Shown here piece after piece: positions 39,021 to 48,631 of a DNA stretch of 64,000 bases. Numbering within the stretch: position 1 is the first letter of the stretch; each line of letters opens with the position of its first letter. The DNA is from a virus. Both the position numbers and the translations under genes were made by a program. Under the pieces are notes generated by a model. It saw only the letters and a program-made list of their open reading frames with translations. It was not told the DNA's origin and searched no databases. The stretch is taken from positions 53,742-117,741 of the IMG/VR virus record IMGVR_UViG_3300037225_001468; one strand, written 5' to 3'.

Positions 39021-40312
39021 TGGCAGATATAAAATACATAAAAAATGATGAGGAAAAAAGTATTGGATGGACTGCCTATGAACTTTATGATAAAAATATA
39101 ATATCAAATAATACTTTATTGAATGGCTTGGGTATAGATTTTGATAAAGAAATGTCAAAAATGAAAGAAGAACAAAATAACTTAAAAGAGATATCACCTG
39201 TTGATTTAGACTGGGACGATCCAGCTATAAAACAGGTATTGAGCACAAATCCAAGTTTTCAATATGCGAAAAAAGTAGAAGAATGTATGAATGAATTAGT
39301 GAAAATGGGTAAAAATGATATTGAAGAAGAACTTAAAAATGAACTTTTAATAAATGGACCAAATTATAATGGCGATTTATACACTTCTAATCCATATAAT
39401 GTAAAGGTTGTAAATATAGGATCTGTTGGCAATAATAATGGGGGTGATTCTTTTGAGGAAAACCAACAGTCTAAATATTTTACATCAACACACTCTCCTG
39501 TCTCTTCTTGGAACATTGTAAGTCCAGCATTAAAGGATAAGGCTCAAAAGGCTCAGGGAATAAAAGAAAAAAGTAAAGATATTTATATTTACAAAGACGC
39601 TTTAAGTATAATAAAAAATATAAATGATGAATTTTCTTCGGTATCTAAGTGGGCATCTTTATTTATTTTGTCTAAAAATAAAGGCAAACAATATGTATTA
39701 AACTGTCTAAAAAGTTTACCCACTTTTTATATAAGTTTAATGAATAATACTTATGGTAATAATATTGTAGAAATAATGGCAAATTGGAAAAACAATGCTC
39801 CTCTTGTTGATGAAATAAGTCCTGATTTATTAGGAGACGAAAAGAATGCCTCGGAATGCTGGGAAAAAATAAATCAGAAAATTACTAATAATTCTATTTC
39901 TAATTCTTTAGGAAATATTAAATATGAAACTATAAGAGGAGATTATCCTACTAAAATAAGTTTTATACTTATAGATCCTGTTCAAATAAATATGTATGAT
40001 TGGGGTTTTTACATAATTACAGAAACTTTTAATGATGTTATATTTATTAAAGATAAATTTTTAAGAAATCCTTTACCTAATGGACAGTTATATGATAATT
40101 CTCATCTTGATGAAGCTATAAGGAGTTGTTTGGGAAAAGAATTTGAAATACCAGAAGAAATTTCAAGTGTTGAATTTCTAAAATCTATGTGGAGAAAAAA
40201 ACCAGAAAACTTTGAAGAAACAGAAAAAGAAGTAGATAAAATATTGTTTGGAGATTTTGAAGAGAAAGAAGTAGATATAGGACAGAATAAATATAATCAT
40301 TTAGACATATAA
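39020..40312 (+). CDS. hypothetical protein
   Basis: 430-aa ORF, TAATG-coupled to topA. Confidence 0.7.
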   Translation: MADIKYIKNDEEKSIGWTAYELYDKNIISNNTLLNGLGIDFDKEMSKMKEEQNNLKEISPVDLDWDDPAIKQVLSTNPSFQYAKKVEECMNELVKMGKNDIEEELKNELLINGPNYNGDLYTSNPYNVKVVNIGSVGNNNGGDSFEENQQSKYFTSTHSPVSSWNIVSPALKDKAQKAQGIKEKSKDIYIYKDALSIIKNINDEFSSVSKWASLFILSKNKGKQYVLNCLKSLPTFYISLMNNTYGNNIVEIMANWKNNAPLVDEISPDLLGDEKNASECWEKINQKITNNSISNSLGNIKYETIRGDYPTKISFILIDPVQINMYDWGFYIITETFNDVIFIKDKFLRNPLPNGQLYDNSHLDEAIRSCLGKEFEIPEEISSVEFLKSMWRKKPENFEETEKEVDKILFGDFEEKEVDIGQNKYNHLDI

Positions 40313-40326
40313 AAGAAGTTAAAATT

Positions 40327-40899
40327 ATGAAAAATGTATTGAAGCATTCAATTTGTTATTTAATTGGTCCTATAGATAATGCTAAAGATCAGGGGAAAGA
40401 GTGGAGAAAAGATGTTAAAGAAAATCTTAAAGATTTAGGTATAATTTTTTTAGATCCAACAAATAAATTACAAGGATTGGCTAAAGAGGTAGATAACGAA
40501 CAAAATAAAATAAAAACATATAAAAAATATAAAAAATGGAATATTTTGTCAAAAATGATGAAAAAAGTTGTAAGGGGGGATCTTCGGTCGATAGACTATG
40601 CTGATTTCGTAATAATGTATGTAAATACAGATATACATATGTGTGGTTCTTATCACGAAATGACCGTTGCTATAAATCAAAAAAAACCAGTATTACTTGT
40701 GATAAAAGGAGGGAAAAAGATGGCGTCAAGTTGGCTATTTGGCGTGTGTGACCACAAATATATGTATGATAATTTCGATGAACTGTTTTTATATTTAAAA
40801 AAAATAAATAATGGTAAAGAAAAACTAAATGATAGATGGGTTCTTATTAGAAAACAAATACAAGAAAAAACAGAAGACTTGAAAAGTGGTAGATTTTAG
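40327..40899 (+). CDS. nucleoside 2-deoxyribosyltransferase-like protein
   Basis: YLIGPID, WR, LDPT, DLRSIDYAD, GSYHE, KKPV. Confidence 0.8.
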   Translation: MKNVLKHSICYLIGPIDNAKDQGKEWRKDVKENLKDLGIIFLDPTNKLQGLAKEVDNEQNKIKTYKKYKKWNILSKMMKKVVRGDLRSIDYADFVIMYVNTDIHMCGSYHEMTVAINQKKPVLLVIKGGKKMASSWLFGVCDHKYMYDNFDELFLYLKKINNGKEKLNDRWVLIRKQIQEKTEDLKSGRF

Positions 40900-40907
40900 C
40901 ATATAAT
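40879..40907 (+). promoter_or_regulatory. putative sigma70-type promoter
   Basis: TTGAAA-N17-TATAAT. Confidence 0.55.
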
Positions 40908-40939
40908 ATGATAATCTTAAATGAAAGGATGAAATTAAA

Positions 40940-41383
40940 ATGGCTCAGACAAAACCAGAATACGCAGAATGCACTGAATTCGGTAATTATGCTTCTCAGT
41001 TAGTTAGTAAGTTTCCAGAAGTTTTTGGAGCTTTAGATGTTTCTAAGGTAAAATGTGTTGCTATTACAAATAAAGATCGTTCTGAAAAGAAAAATCTTTG
41101 GGAAGTAAAGGCAGTTCCATATCCTATTAGAATGGATTGTCCGTATGCTTATTATGTGGTAATCTTTATGAAAGATTGGACGGAAATGGATGAGTCTCAT
41201 AAGGCAGCATTAGTTGCTGAAACTCTTCATGCCATTCCTTCGTCTGAAGATGAAGAGGGCAAGACAAATCCGTTTGATCTTAAGGATTATGGTAATATGA
41301 TTAGAACACTTGGTGTTGATTATATGGAAAAAGATGGTATTCCTAATCTTATTAAAGATGATGTTAAGTGGGTGTTGAGATAA
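40940..41383 (+). CDS. putative phage metallopeptidase-like protein (degenerate HELxH)
   Basis: DW..MD...K.ALVAETLHAI...PFDLKDY..M...G. Confidence 0.5.
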   Translation: MAQTKPEYAECTEFGNYASQLVSKFPEVFGALDVSKVKCVAITNKDRSEKKNLWEVKAVPYPIRMDCPYAYYVVIFMKDWTEMDESHKAALVAETLHAIPSSEDEEGKTNPFDLKDYGNMIRTLGVDYMEKDGIPNLIKDDVKWVLR

Positions 41384-41466
41384 TACTTCTTTTTCGCTCA
41401 AAAATAATAAAATATATTAAAAAATGTCGATAATAGTCTTATATTAGACTATAAGGAGAAATAATT

Positions 41467-41928
41467 ATGTTTCAATTAGTATCAGAAGATGAGTATGGCA
41501 CAAGAAATATAGTAGCATCAGGTAAGGATGTTGGTAAATTAGTTCAACAAGCAAAAAAGTTTGTTTGTGAAGCAAATCTTAATAACGCTTTAACGGCAGA
41601 AGAACAAAAGAAAAACTTTGAAGAGTATTTTCCCGTTTTTATTGATGAAGATGGAAAAGAAACAGATCAAGTAGTTTATGCTGGAAAGAAAGGAACAAGC
41701 ACAAGATTAGTTTATGTATTTACAGAAAATACTGAAGGTCAAGAAGTTGAGATTGATAGTGTTGAAGGTGTTGAAATAAGATTTTTTATTGGTGAATTCC
41801 TGAAAGATAAGAAGAAGAACGTTGTAGATACTTATTATGCTGAAGATTATAAGAGTAAAGTTATAGATACTTTTAAGAGTGATTTCATTAAAGATAAAAC
41901 ATCTTATTTTATAAGAAAAAATAAATAA
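41467..41928 (+). CDS. hypothetical protein
   Basis: 153-aa ORF, AAGGAG RBS, GTCGATAA motif upstream. Confidence 0.7.
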   Translation: MFQLVSEDEYGTRNIVASGKDVGKLVQQAKKFVCEANLNNALTAEEQKKNFEEYFPVFIDEDGKETDQVVYAGKKGTSTRLVYVFTENTEGQEVEIDSVEGVEIRFFIGEFLKDKKKNVVDTYYAEDYKSKVIDTFKSDFIKDKTSYFIRKNK

Positions 41929-41949
41929 ACTTATTTTAGGAGTTTAGTT

Positions 41950-42345
41950 GTGAAAAGTAAAACATTTACTGAAGTAAAAAGAAGTAATAATCCAGAACAA
42001 AAGTTTTCAACTGGAGCAAAACGGGATTCTCAAGAAGGAAAGGGAAGATTTGATTTATTACCAGTTCATGCTATAACTCGACTTGCTAAGCATTTTGAGA
42101 ATGGAGCAAAAAGATATGGTGATGATAATTGGCGTAAGGGTATTCCTTTAAGAAGATATCTTGACTCGATGTTGAGACATGCTTTTAAGTTTACTGGTGG
42201 AGCAGACGGGGAAGATCATTTAGCCGCCTGTGCGTGGAACGCTTTATGTCTTTTGGAAACACAGGAGATGATAAAAAGGGGACTACTTCCCAAAGAGTTA
42301 GATAACTTACCAAAGAAAATATACACAGAAAAAGATGATGTATAA
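41950..42345 (+). CDS. dATP/dGTP diphosphohydrolase domain protein (DUF5664)
   Basis: TGAKRD..GKGRFDLLP, GAKRYGDDNWRKG, DSMLRH, EDHLAACAWN. Confidence 0.85.
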   Translation: MKSKTFTEVKRSNNPEQKFSTGAKRDSQEGKGRFDLLPVHAITRLAKHFENGAKRYGDDNWRKGIPLRRYLDSMLRHAFKFTGGADGEDHLAACAWNALCLLETQEMIKRGLLPKELDNLPKKIYTEKDDV

Positions 42346-42347
42346 AA

Positions 42348-42614
42348 ATGTTAATATTACCATACATAGTTTTATTCGGAAATAAAAATAGATCAGAATA
42401 TATTTCCGGCTTAAAAATTGAAACCAAAAAAGAACTATCATATAAAGATGGCATTATTGAGCAGTCACTAAACACACATGAAGGAAGAGAAGCGATTGCT
42501 AAGGCGATGATTGAGCCTTTTCGTAGGAAACAAGAAACTATTTTAGAAGAAACTATTTTAGAAGAAGAATATAAGGTAGAAAAAATAAAATGTCAACCAT
42601 ACCATTATCTATAA
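42348..42614 (+). CDS. hypothetical protein
   Basis: 88-aa ORF. Confidence 0.55.
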   Translation: MLILPYIVLFGNKNRSEYISGLKIETKKELSYKDGIIEQSLNTHEGREAIAKAMIEPFRRKQETILEETILEEEYKVEKIKCQPYHYL

Positions 42615-44797
42615 AATATAGACCTCATAAATTATCTGATGTTATAGGTCAAGAAGTGGCAGTCCAGACTTTAACAAATTCATTTAAGGATAAAAGTTGG
42701 CATCACGCTTATATTTTAAGTGGTAATTTAGGTTGCGGAAAAACGAGTGTGTCCAGGATTATGGCAGCAATGGAAAATTGTGAGAATGGTCCCACGTTAG
42801 ATCCCTGTGGTAAATGTAGAAATTGTCAAGATATATTTGATGGAAAATCTTTTGACGTAAAAGAACTAGATGCTGCTAATAGCAGAAGTATTGATGACGT
42901 AAGAGAAATGAGAAAAGACTCTCAATTTTCTCCAATGAATAGTAGAATTAAATACTTCATAATAGATGAGTGTCTAAGTCATGATACTATGATAGATACA
43001 GATACTGGAAAAATAAATATATCAAAAATAGTACATAAAAAATTAAATGTTAAAGTAAAAAGCTTAAATGAAAAAACAGGAGATATAGAGTTTAAGCCCA
43101 TTATTAATTGGTTCAAAAATTCTGGAAAATATGTATATAAAATGATTTTTAGTTCTAAGGGACATATATATCCATCAGAAGGACATTTAATATCTACCAC
43201 TGATGGATATAAAAGTGTTAAAGATCTGAATATTGGTGATAAGGTTTTAAGATGTGGTAAAAAACTATCAAATTATCAAAAACAATTTTTATATGGGTCT
43301 TTATTAGGTGACTCTTCGATACATAAAAATATTTCTGGCGGTAAAATAATAAAAAATGAATGTAAGCCAAGAATATCATGTGTTCATGGGCAAAAACAAA
43401 AAGACTATTTATTATTTAAGAAAAATATATTAAAAAATTTCGTAAAAACTAATGAAAAAGAAGAGTTTCATTGTTATAGCAAAAAATATAATAACAATAT
43501 ATCAACTTGGAGATTTAATACTATAACTAGTAACTCTTTTATAGATATTTACAATAATGTTTGTAAAAATGGCAAAAAGAATGTTACATTAAAATGGCTA
43601 AATAACATAGATTGGTGTGGAATGGCTTTTTGGTTCATGGATGATGGATCTTGTGTTTTAATAAAGACAAAAAAAGAAAGCTCATATAAAAGATTTATAA
43701 ACATAGCAACACATGGCTTTTCTAAAAAAGAATGTTTACTATTAAGGAAATGGTTAAAAACGAAAGGTATTGAATGCATTTTGATATTAGACAAAAGGTG
43801 TAATAGATATGGGATATCTATAGGAGGAGAAGGATCTAATATATTTTTGAAGAATATATCTAAATATATTCCTGATTGTATGAAATATAAATTAAAAGGA
43901 TTTGAAGGAGATATTTTTGATACTTCTTTGATAGAATATGAGAGTGAAAGTGTAATAGAAGAAAAAATTATATATAAAAAAGTTATGAAATACGAAAGTA
44001 GCACTTATGATTTAGAAATTCAAGATAATCATAATTATTTTGCTAATGGAACTTTAGTTCATAATTGCCACGGCCTTACAGGTGCCGCAGCAGAAGCTAC
44101 ATTAAAGTTTATAGAAGAGCCTCCTCCTAATGTAAGAATTATTTTATGCACTACTGATCCTCAGCTATTAAAGCCAACTATTCATTCAAGATGTATTTCT
44201 TTGAATTTTAGTAAAGTAAACTGGATTGATATTTTTAATCATCTCATAAATATAGCAAAACTAGAGAATATCTCTTATGATGAAGACGCTTTGAAGTTGA
44301 TGGCAAAAACTTCTAAAGGAAGTGTAAGAAATGCCTTACAAAACTTACAAAGTGTAGCAAGTTTTGTCGGAAAAGATAAAATAGATTTAGAAAAAACTCA
44401 AAAAGCATTAGGGATTATTGACGATAATGCTTATTTTGATTTAATTGATAGCATTATTAAAGTAGACGTTCCTTCTGCTATGATTATTATAGATAAATTG
44501 ATAGTAAAAGGTAAAAATGTTGATGTTTTAATAAAAGGATTAAATGGACATTTAAGAAATTTATTATTAGCAAGACTTTGTGAGAAGAAAATGGCAGATT
44601 TTGGCTTTATTGATGATGAGAGTAAGAGGTATGTTCATCAGTCAAAAGACATTTCACCAACACTGGTAGCAAAAATGATGGATGGTTTAATAAATGTTCA
44701 AAAAGCTATAATAGTCAATTTAGAACCACAGTATTTTTTAGAAAAATTTGCGATTGATTCGATAATAGATATGGTAAAGAGTAAAAAAGCAAATTAA
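42590..44797 (+). CDS. dnaX: DNA polymerase III subunit gamma/tau (clamp loader) containing an intein
   Basis: KYRP, GNLGCGKT, PCGKCRNC, ELDAA, IIDE|CH, LKFIEEPP, TIHSRC, GSVRNA. Confidence 0.95.
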   Translation: MSTIPLSIKYRPHKLSDVIGQEVAVQTLTNSFKDKSWHHAYILSGNLGCGKTSVSRIMAAMENCENGPTLDPCGKCRNCQDIFDGKSFDVKELDAANSRSIDDVREMRKDSQFSPMNSRIKYFIIDECLSHDTMIDTDTGKINISKIVHKKLNVKVKSLNEKTGDIEFKPIINWFKNSGKYVYKMIFSSKGHIYPSEGHLISTTDGYKSVKDLNIGDKVLRCGKKLSNYQKQFLYGSLLGDSSIHKNISGGKIIKNECKPRISCVHGQKQKDYLLFKKNILKNFVKTNEKEEFHCYSKKYNNNISTWRFNTITSNSFIDIYNNVCKNGKKNVTLKWLNNIDWCGMAFWFMDDGSCVLIKTKKESSYKRFINIATHGFSKKECLLLRKWLKTKGIECILILDKRCNRYGISIGGEGSNIFLKNISKYIPDCMKYKLKGFEGDIFDTSLIEYESESVIEEKIIYKKVMKYESSTYDLEIQDNHNYFANGTLVHNCHGLTGAAAEATLKFIEEPPPNVRIILCTTDPQLLKPTIHSRCISLNFSKVNWIDIFNHLINIAKLENISYDEDALKLMAKTSKGSVRNALQNLQSVASFVGKDKIDLEKTQKALGIIDDNAYFDLIDSIIKVDVPSAMIIIDKLIVKGKNVDVLIKGLNGHLRNLLLARLCEKKMADFGFIDDESKRYVHQSKDISPTLVAKMMDGLINVQKAIIVNLEPQYFLEKFAIDSIIDMVKSKKAN
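42971..44065 (+). mobile_element. 365-aa intein with LAGLIDADG endonuclease in the DnaX Walker B motif
   Basis: Starts CLSHDT, ends YDLEIQDNHNYFANGTLVHN followed by C+1; LYGSLLGDS and AFWFMDDGS motifs. Confidence 0.95.
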
Positions 44798-44813
44798 GGA
44801 GTTAAAATAATAT

Positions 44814-45566
44814 ATGACCAGGCAACAAAAAAGCCCGGTCGAGTCTAATGAAAAGAAGAAGAGTCAAACAGAAAAAGAAATATTAGAAAAAGAGCAAAGA
44901 ATGTTAACATTCATTAAGCTCGTTTCTATTGTTAAAGATTCAAAAGACAAAGAAAAAGTAGATGAAGCTTTTAGTGAAATAGTTGAAATGATGAAACAGA
45001 AAATAAAACAATTATCTTATAAAATTAAAATACCAGGATGCGGAATAGATGATTTATATGATGAAGCTTTGTTTGCCTTAAGATATAAGGCAATACAAGA
45101 TTATGACCAAAAAAGGAGCACAAGACAAGAAATATCTCCATTTGATAATTTTGCTGTATTATGTATAAGAAGACATTTATCAACTAAACTTAAGGCTTCT
45201 TTTCAAAGCAAACAAAGAGTATTAAATCACTCAATTAGCCTCGATCAAGATAGATCAAGTTCTGATACTTCTAATGATTCTGTCGTTTTATCTGACATAA
45301 TAACTAAGAATAATGGAACAATTCTTAGTGATTTGAATAAAAAAGAAGATTTTAGGATTTTAGAAAATAGTTTATGGCAGAGGATGTCCTCTTTAGAGAG
45401 AAATGTTTATTTACTTTATAGAGATAACTTGTCTTATGAAGAAATAGCTAAAAGGATATATAATAAAAAAGGTATCACTAAAAGTGATACAAAATCTATA
45501 GATAATTCATTAAGTAGGATTAAGATAAAAGCAAAGTGGATATACCAGCAGTATTTTAAGGAATAA
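44814..45566 (+). CDS. SigH (Spo0H)-like RNA polymerase sigma factor
   Basis: DDLYDEA..AL..AIQDYD, FAVLCIRRHL, LNHSISLD, LSYEEIA, KSIDNSLSRIKIK. Confidence 0.8.
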   Translation: MTRQQKSPVESNEKKKSQTEKEILEKEQRMLTFIKLVSIVKDSKDKEKVDEAFSEIVEMMKQKIKQLSYKIKIPGCGIDDLYDEALFALRYKAIQDYDQKRSTRQEISPFDNFAVLCIRRHLSTKLKASFQSKQRVLNHSISLDQDRSSSDTSNDSVVLSDIITKNNGTILSDLNKKEDFRILENSLWQRMSSLERNVYLLYRDNLSYEEIAKRIYNKKGITKSDTKSIDNSLSRIKIKAKWIYQQYFKE

Positions 45567-45579
45567 GAAGGAGAAATTT

Positions 45580-46860
45580 ATGAAATTTTCAGTAAAAGCT
45601 TCAAGTTTATTTAAGGCTATTAGTCCTATTATAGATATCTCTCAAAAAGGAAAATTAAAAGATTTTCAGGGATATAATAAGATAAATATGTCAATAAGAG
45701 AGAAAGAAGATGGATTGGATATATCTTCTTATAATGGAAAAATATCAGTTGTAGGACAATTGACATCGGTATCAGTTGATGATTTGAATTTCGAATTAAA
45801 TGACAAGGGAAGTGTGACTGTTGATGCTAAGTGTTTAGGAGAAGCATTAGAGTCGTTTCCTGTTGAAGAAATTGTGGTTTTTGAACTTAAAGAAAAAGAT
45901 GGAGCAAAAGAGTTATATATTAAAGAAAAAAATGACGAAGATCAATATCAAACTTTAACTTGTTTTGATGAGGCTGTAAAAATGCCAGAAACTCCTAAGA
46001 AATTCGTAAAAGAAGTTTCCGTGCAGAGAGATTGTTTTATATCTTCATTAAATAAAATAAGTTTTGCTTTTGGATATGAATCTGAAAGACATGTTTTTTT
46101 ACATTGGGTATTAAGGGTTAGTCCTAATAAATTACGTTTTGTTTCTGGGACAGGTAAAGTTTTTGCTATTTTAGACATAGAAGACACAAAAGCGGTTAAT
46201 ACTAAAGATACTTTTAATATTTTATTTTTTAATGAATTTAGTCCATCAATAAATAAGATATTGAGTAGTGTTAGTGATAATATGATAAAAATTAAAGAGT
46301 CTGATGTTTCGGATAATTATCAGATTTTGCTTTCTACAAGTAAATTTGAGATTGCTCTTACAGGAATGAATCCTGACATAAAGTGGGTTGATGAAAATTC
46401 TTTATTGAATAAAGATTATGGAATTAAAGTTATTACAAAGAATTCTGATTGGAATTACGCTACTAAGGGGATAGAGGCAACCCATACAGATGAGATGAAA
46501 AAAGAGGGTATTCCTCATAAAGTTGCTTTAGATTTAGATATTAACAAGAAAACTATGTTAATTAAAGCAGAGAATACGTTAAAGTCTTTGAGAAAGATTA
46601 ATATTATTGACTGTGTTTATCCTAAAGATAAGCCTCAATATTCTTGTATGACATATTCTACGATTTTATCTCAGGTTACATCATGTGGAGACAAAGAAGG
46701 ATATATGCAGATGGAGTTCCAGGGAGATGTAGGGAAGCAACCGATTATCATATATTATAATGCTTTAGATAAGATATCTGATGGGAAATCTTTGAATAAA
46801 ACTAATGGAGCAACTGGTTTTGCTGAGAAGTTTGCTGTAATCTTTATTCAGACGGCTTAA
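45580..46860 (+). CDS. dnaN: DNA polymerase III beta sliding clamp-like protein (divergent)
   Basis: MKFSVK start, GSVTVDAK, ISFA...ERHVF..V, RFVSGTG; lies between dnaX and holA. Confidence 0.65.
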   Translation: MKFSVKASSLFKAISPIIDISQKGKLKDFQGYNKINMSIREKEDGLDISSYNGKISVVGQLTSVSVDDLNFELNDKGSVTVDAKCLGEALESFPVEEIVVFELKEKDGAKELYIKEKNDEDQYQTLTCFDEAVKMPETPKKFVKEVSVQRDCFISSLNKISFAFGYESERHVFLHWVLRVSPNKLRFVSGTGKVFAILDIEDTKAVNTKDTFNILFFNEFSPSINKILSSVSDNMIKIKESDVSDNYQILLSTSKFEIALTGMNPDIKWVDENSLLNKDYGIKVITKNSDWNYATKGIEATHTDEMKKEGIPHKVALDLDINKKTMLIKAENTLKSLRKINIIDCVYPKDKPQYSCMTYSTILSQVTSCGDKEGYMQMEFQGDVGKQPIIIYYNALDKISDGKSLNKTNGATGFAEKFAVIFIQTA

Positions 46861-46865
46861 AGAAG

Positions 46866-48011
46866 ATGTCACAAGAAGAAAAAATTAGAATATGCTGGTT
46901 AACTGGCAGCTTTTATCATACCAGGATAATATTAGATAAAATTAAAAAATCTATTGGAGATTATGAATTATATTTATATGATGAAAATAATACTCCAGAG
47001 CATATTGAGATGCAGATATTAGGGAGTGGTTTATTTGCCTCAAATCGGCTTATAATTTTAAGAGGTATTCCTCATTTTGTTGGAACTTCTACAAAATCAA
47101 ATAGTAGATGGACAGAAATATTTTCTAATGTTCCAGAAGATTGTGTGGTTGTTATTGATAATGTAGATGTTAGTAGTAGACAGGTAATATTTAAGCATAT
47201 AAAAAAGATAGGAAAAGTATTTGATCCTCCAAAGGTAATAAAAAAAGATGAAGCTATAAGTTATATTTCTGATCTTTTTTCTGAAAAAAACAAGAATATA
47301 CTTAGAGAAGATATTGATTTAATTGTCAGTAATTCTTTAACTGAAGACGGCAAAGGAATAGACGTAGACAGAGTGACAATGATAGTTAAACAGATTTGTT
47401 ATTTTGTTGGAAATAAAAAGAAGAATATAGAAAAATTAGATTTAATTAGATCTTTAACTGGAAATAATAATTATATTATTTGGGATATGTTTGATGCGAT
47501 AGATAATAGAGATTTTATTAAATGTGAAGAATTATTATATAGTGCTTCAGAAGTATCATCTATAAAAGGGGCAATTGAGGAATTGTTTAGAATGTTGTTG
47601 TGGAGATTTAGATTGATGTTTTTTTTAAAAGAAGGATTATCTTTAGGAAGATCTCAAAAAGAAATATTTGATGGTCTTAAAAATATTCATAAATTTTCAA
47701 GAGAAGGATCAGGATTTTATTCTAAATTTTCAATTGATCTTGATAAGGAAAATAATGAAAAAGTTGTATATTCTGAAAGTGTTGCTAATAATATGATAAA
47801 TGGAATGTTTGGTAAAACACCAGTATTAGATAAGTATAGTAGAACAGAAGTTTTTAAGATAATGCGCATAATTGAAGAATGTTTATTCAAAATAAGGAAT
47901 ATTTCAAACGAAATAGAATACTTAATAGTAGCAGATAGTTTTTTTATGTTTATTTGTGGAACTGTAGATGAAAATCTTTTGAGCAAACTTAGGAGAATAG
48001 CCAATGAGTGA
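46866..48011 (+). CDS. holA: DNA polymerase III delta subunit-like protein
   Basis: WLTGS, SGLFASNRLIIL, IWDMFDAI, LLWRFRL pattern. Confidence 0.65.
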   Translation: MSQEEKIRICWLTGSFYHTRIILDKIKKSIGDYELYLYDENNTPEHIEMQILGSGLFASNRLIILRGIPHFVGTSTKSNSRWTEIFSNVPEDCVVVIDNVDVSSRQVIFKHIKKIGKVFDPPKVIKKDEAISYISDLFSEKNKNILREDIDLIVSNSLTEDGKGIDVDRVTMIVKQICYFVGNKKKNIEKLDLIRSLTGNNNYIIWDMFDAIDNRDFIKCEELLYSASEVSSIKGAIEELFRMLLWRFRLMFFLKEGLSLGRSQKEIFDGLKNIHKFSREGSGFYSKFSIDLDKENNEKVVYSESVANNMINGMFGKTPVLDKYSRTEVFKIMRIIEECLFKIRNISNEIEYLIVADSFFMFICGTVDENLLSKLRRIANE

Positions 48012-48267
48012 GCCTAATTATATGAAATTGTATAAAAGATTTTTAGAAACCAATGTAGCTCTTTCTGAGTTATATCTTAGTTTGAATGATTTTTTAGAAG
48101 AAAAGAATGAAGAAAACATAAAAGATGTTTCTTCAAAAATAGAATTTCTTAATAGGACTATGGACGCATTAAATAACGGGTTAAAGGTAGCGTTAGAAAG
48201 TTCTGTAGAAATAGAAAGTGATGAAGTTGATGCCGTTCCGACAGAAAATGGTTTTAAGTTAAATTGA
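48004..48267 (+). CDS. hypothetical protein
   Basis: 87-aa ORF. Confidence 0.6.
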   Translation: MSEPNYMKLYKRFLETNVALSELYLSLNDFLEEKNEENIKDVSSKIEFLNRTMDALNNGLKVALESSVEIESDEVDAVPTENGFKLN

Positions 48268-48279
48268 CAGGAGGGTTTT

Positions 48280-48594
48280 ATGAAAAATGAATTAAACGGA
48301 AACTCTTTTGAAGATAGTGGATCTAATTTTCCGAAGGATGATGTTGGAATAAGAGAAGAACAAGTTTTAGATATTTGTGATCATATTATAAGTCGTTGTT
48401 GGAGAGAGATTTTTGAAAGTGAAAATAATAAAAAAATATCTTTAGAAGATTTAGAAAAAATATTAAACTTAGCAAATAATTCTTGGGTTTTAGCAACTGA
48501 CATTTTAAGAGACGATAATGAAGAAGAGTTTGTTTTCGATGAAAATGAAGATATTGATAATGAAGACGAAGAAGAGGATGGCGAAGAGGCTTAA
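48280..48594 (+). CDS. hypothetical acidic protein
   Basis: 104-aa ORF, AGGAGG RBS, poly-acidic tail. Confidence 0.65.
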   Translation: MKNELNGNSFEDSGSNFPKDDVGIREEQVLDICDHIISRCWREIFESENNKKISLEDLEKILNLANNSWVLATDILRDDNEEEFVFDENEDIDNEDEEEDGEEA

Positions 48595-48631
48595 GAAGTG
48601 ATATAATGTAGTAGAATAAGAAGGAGAAAAA

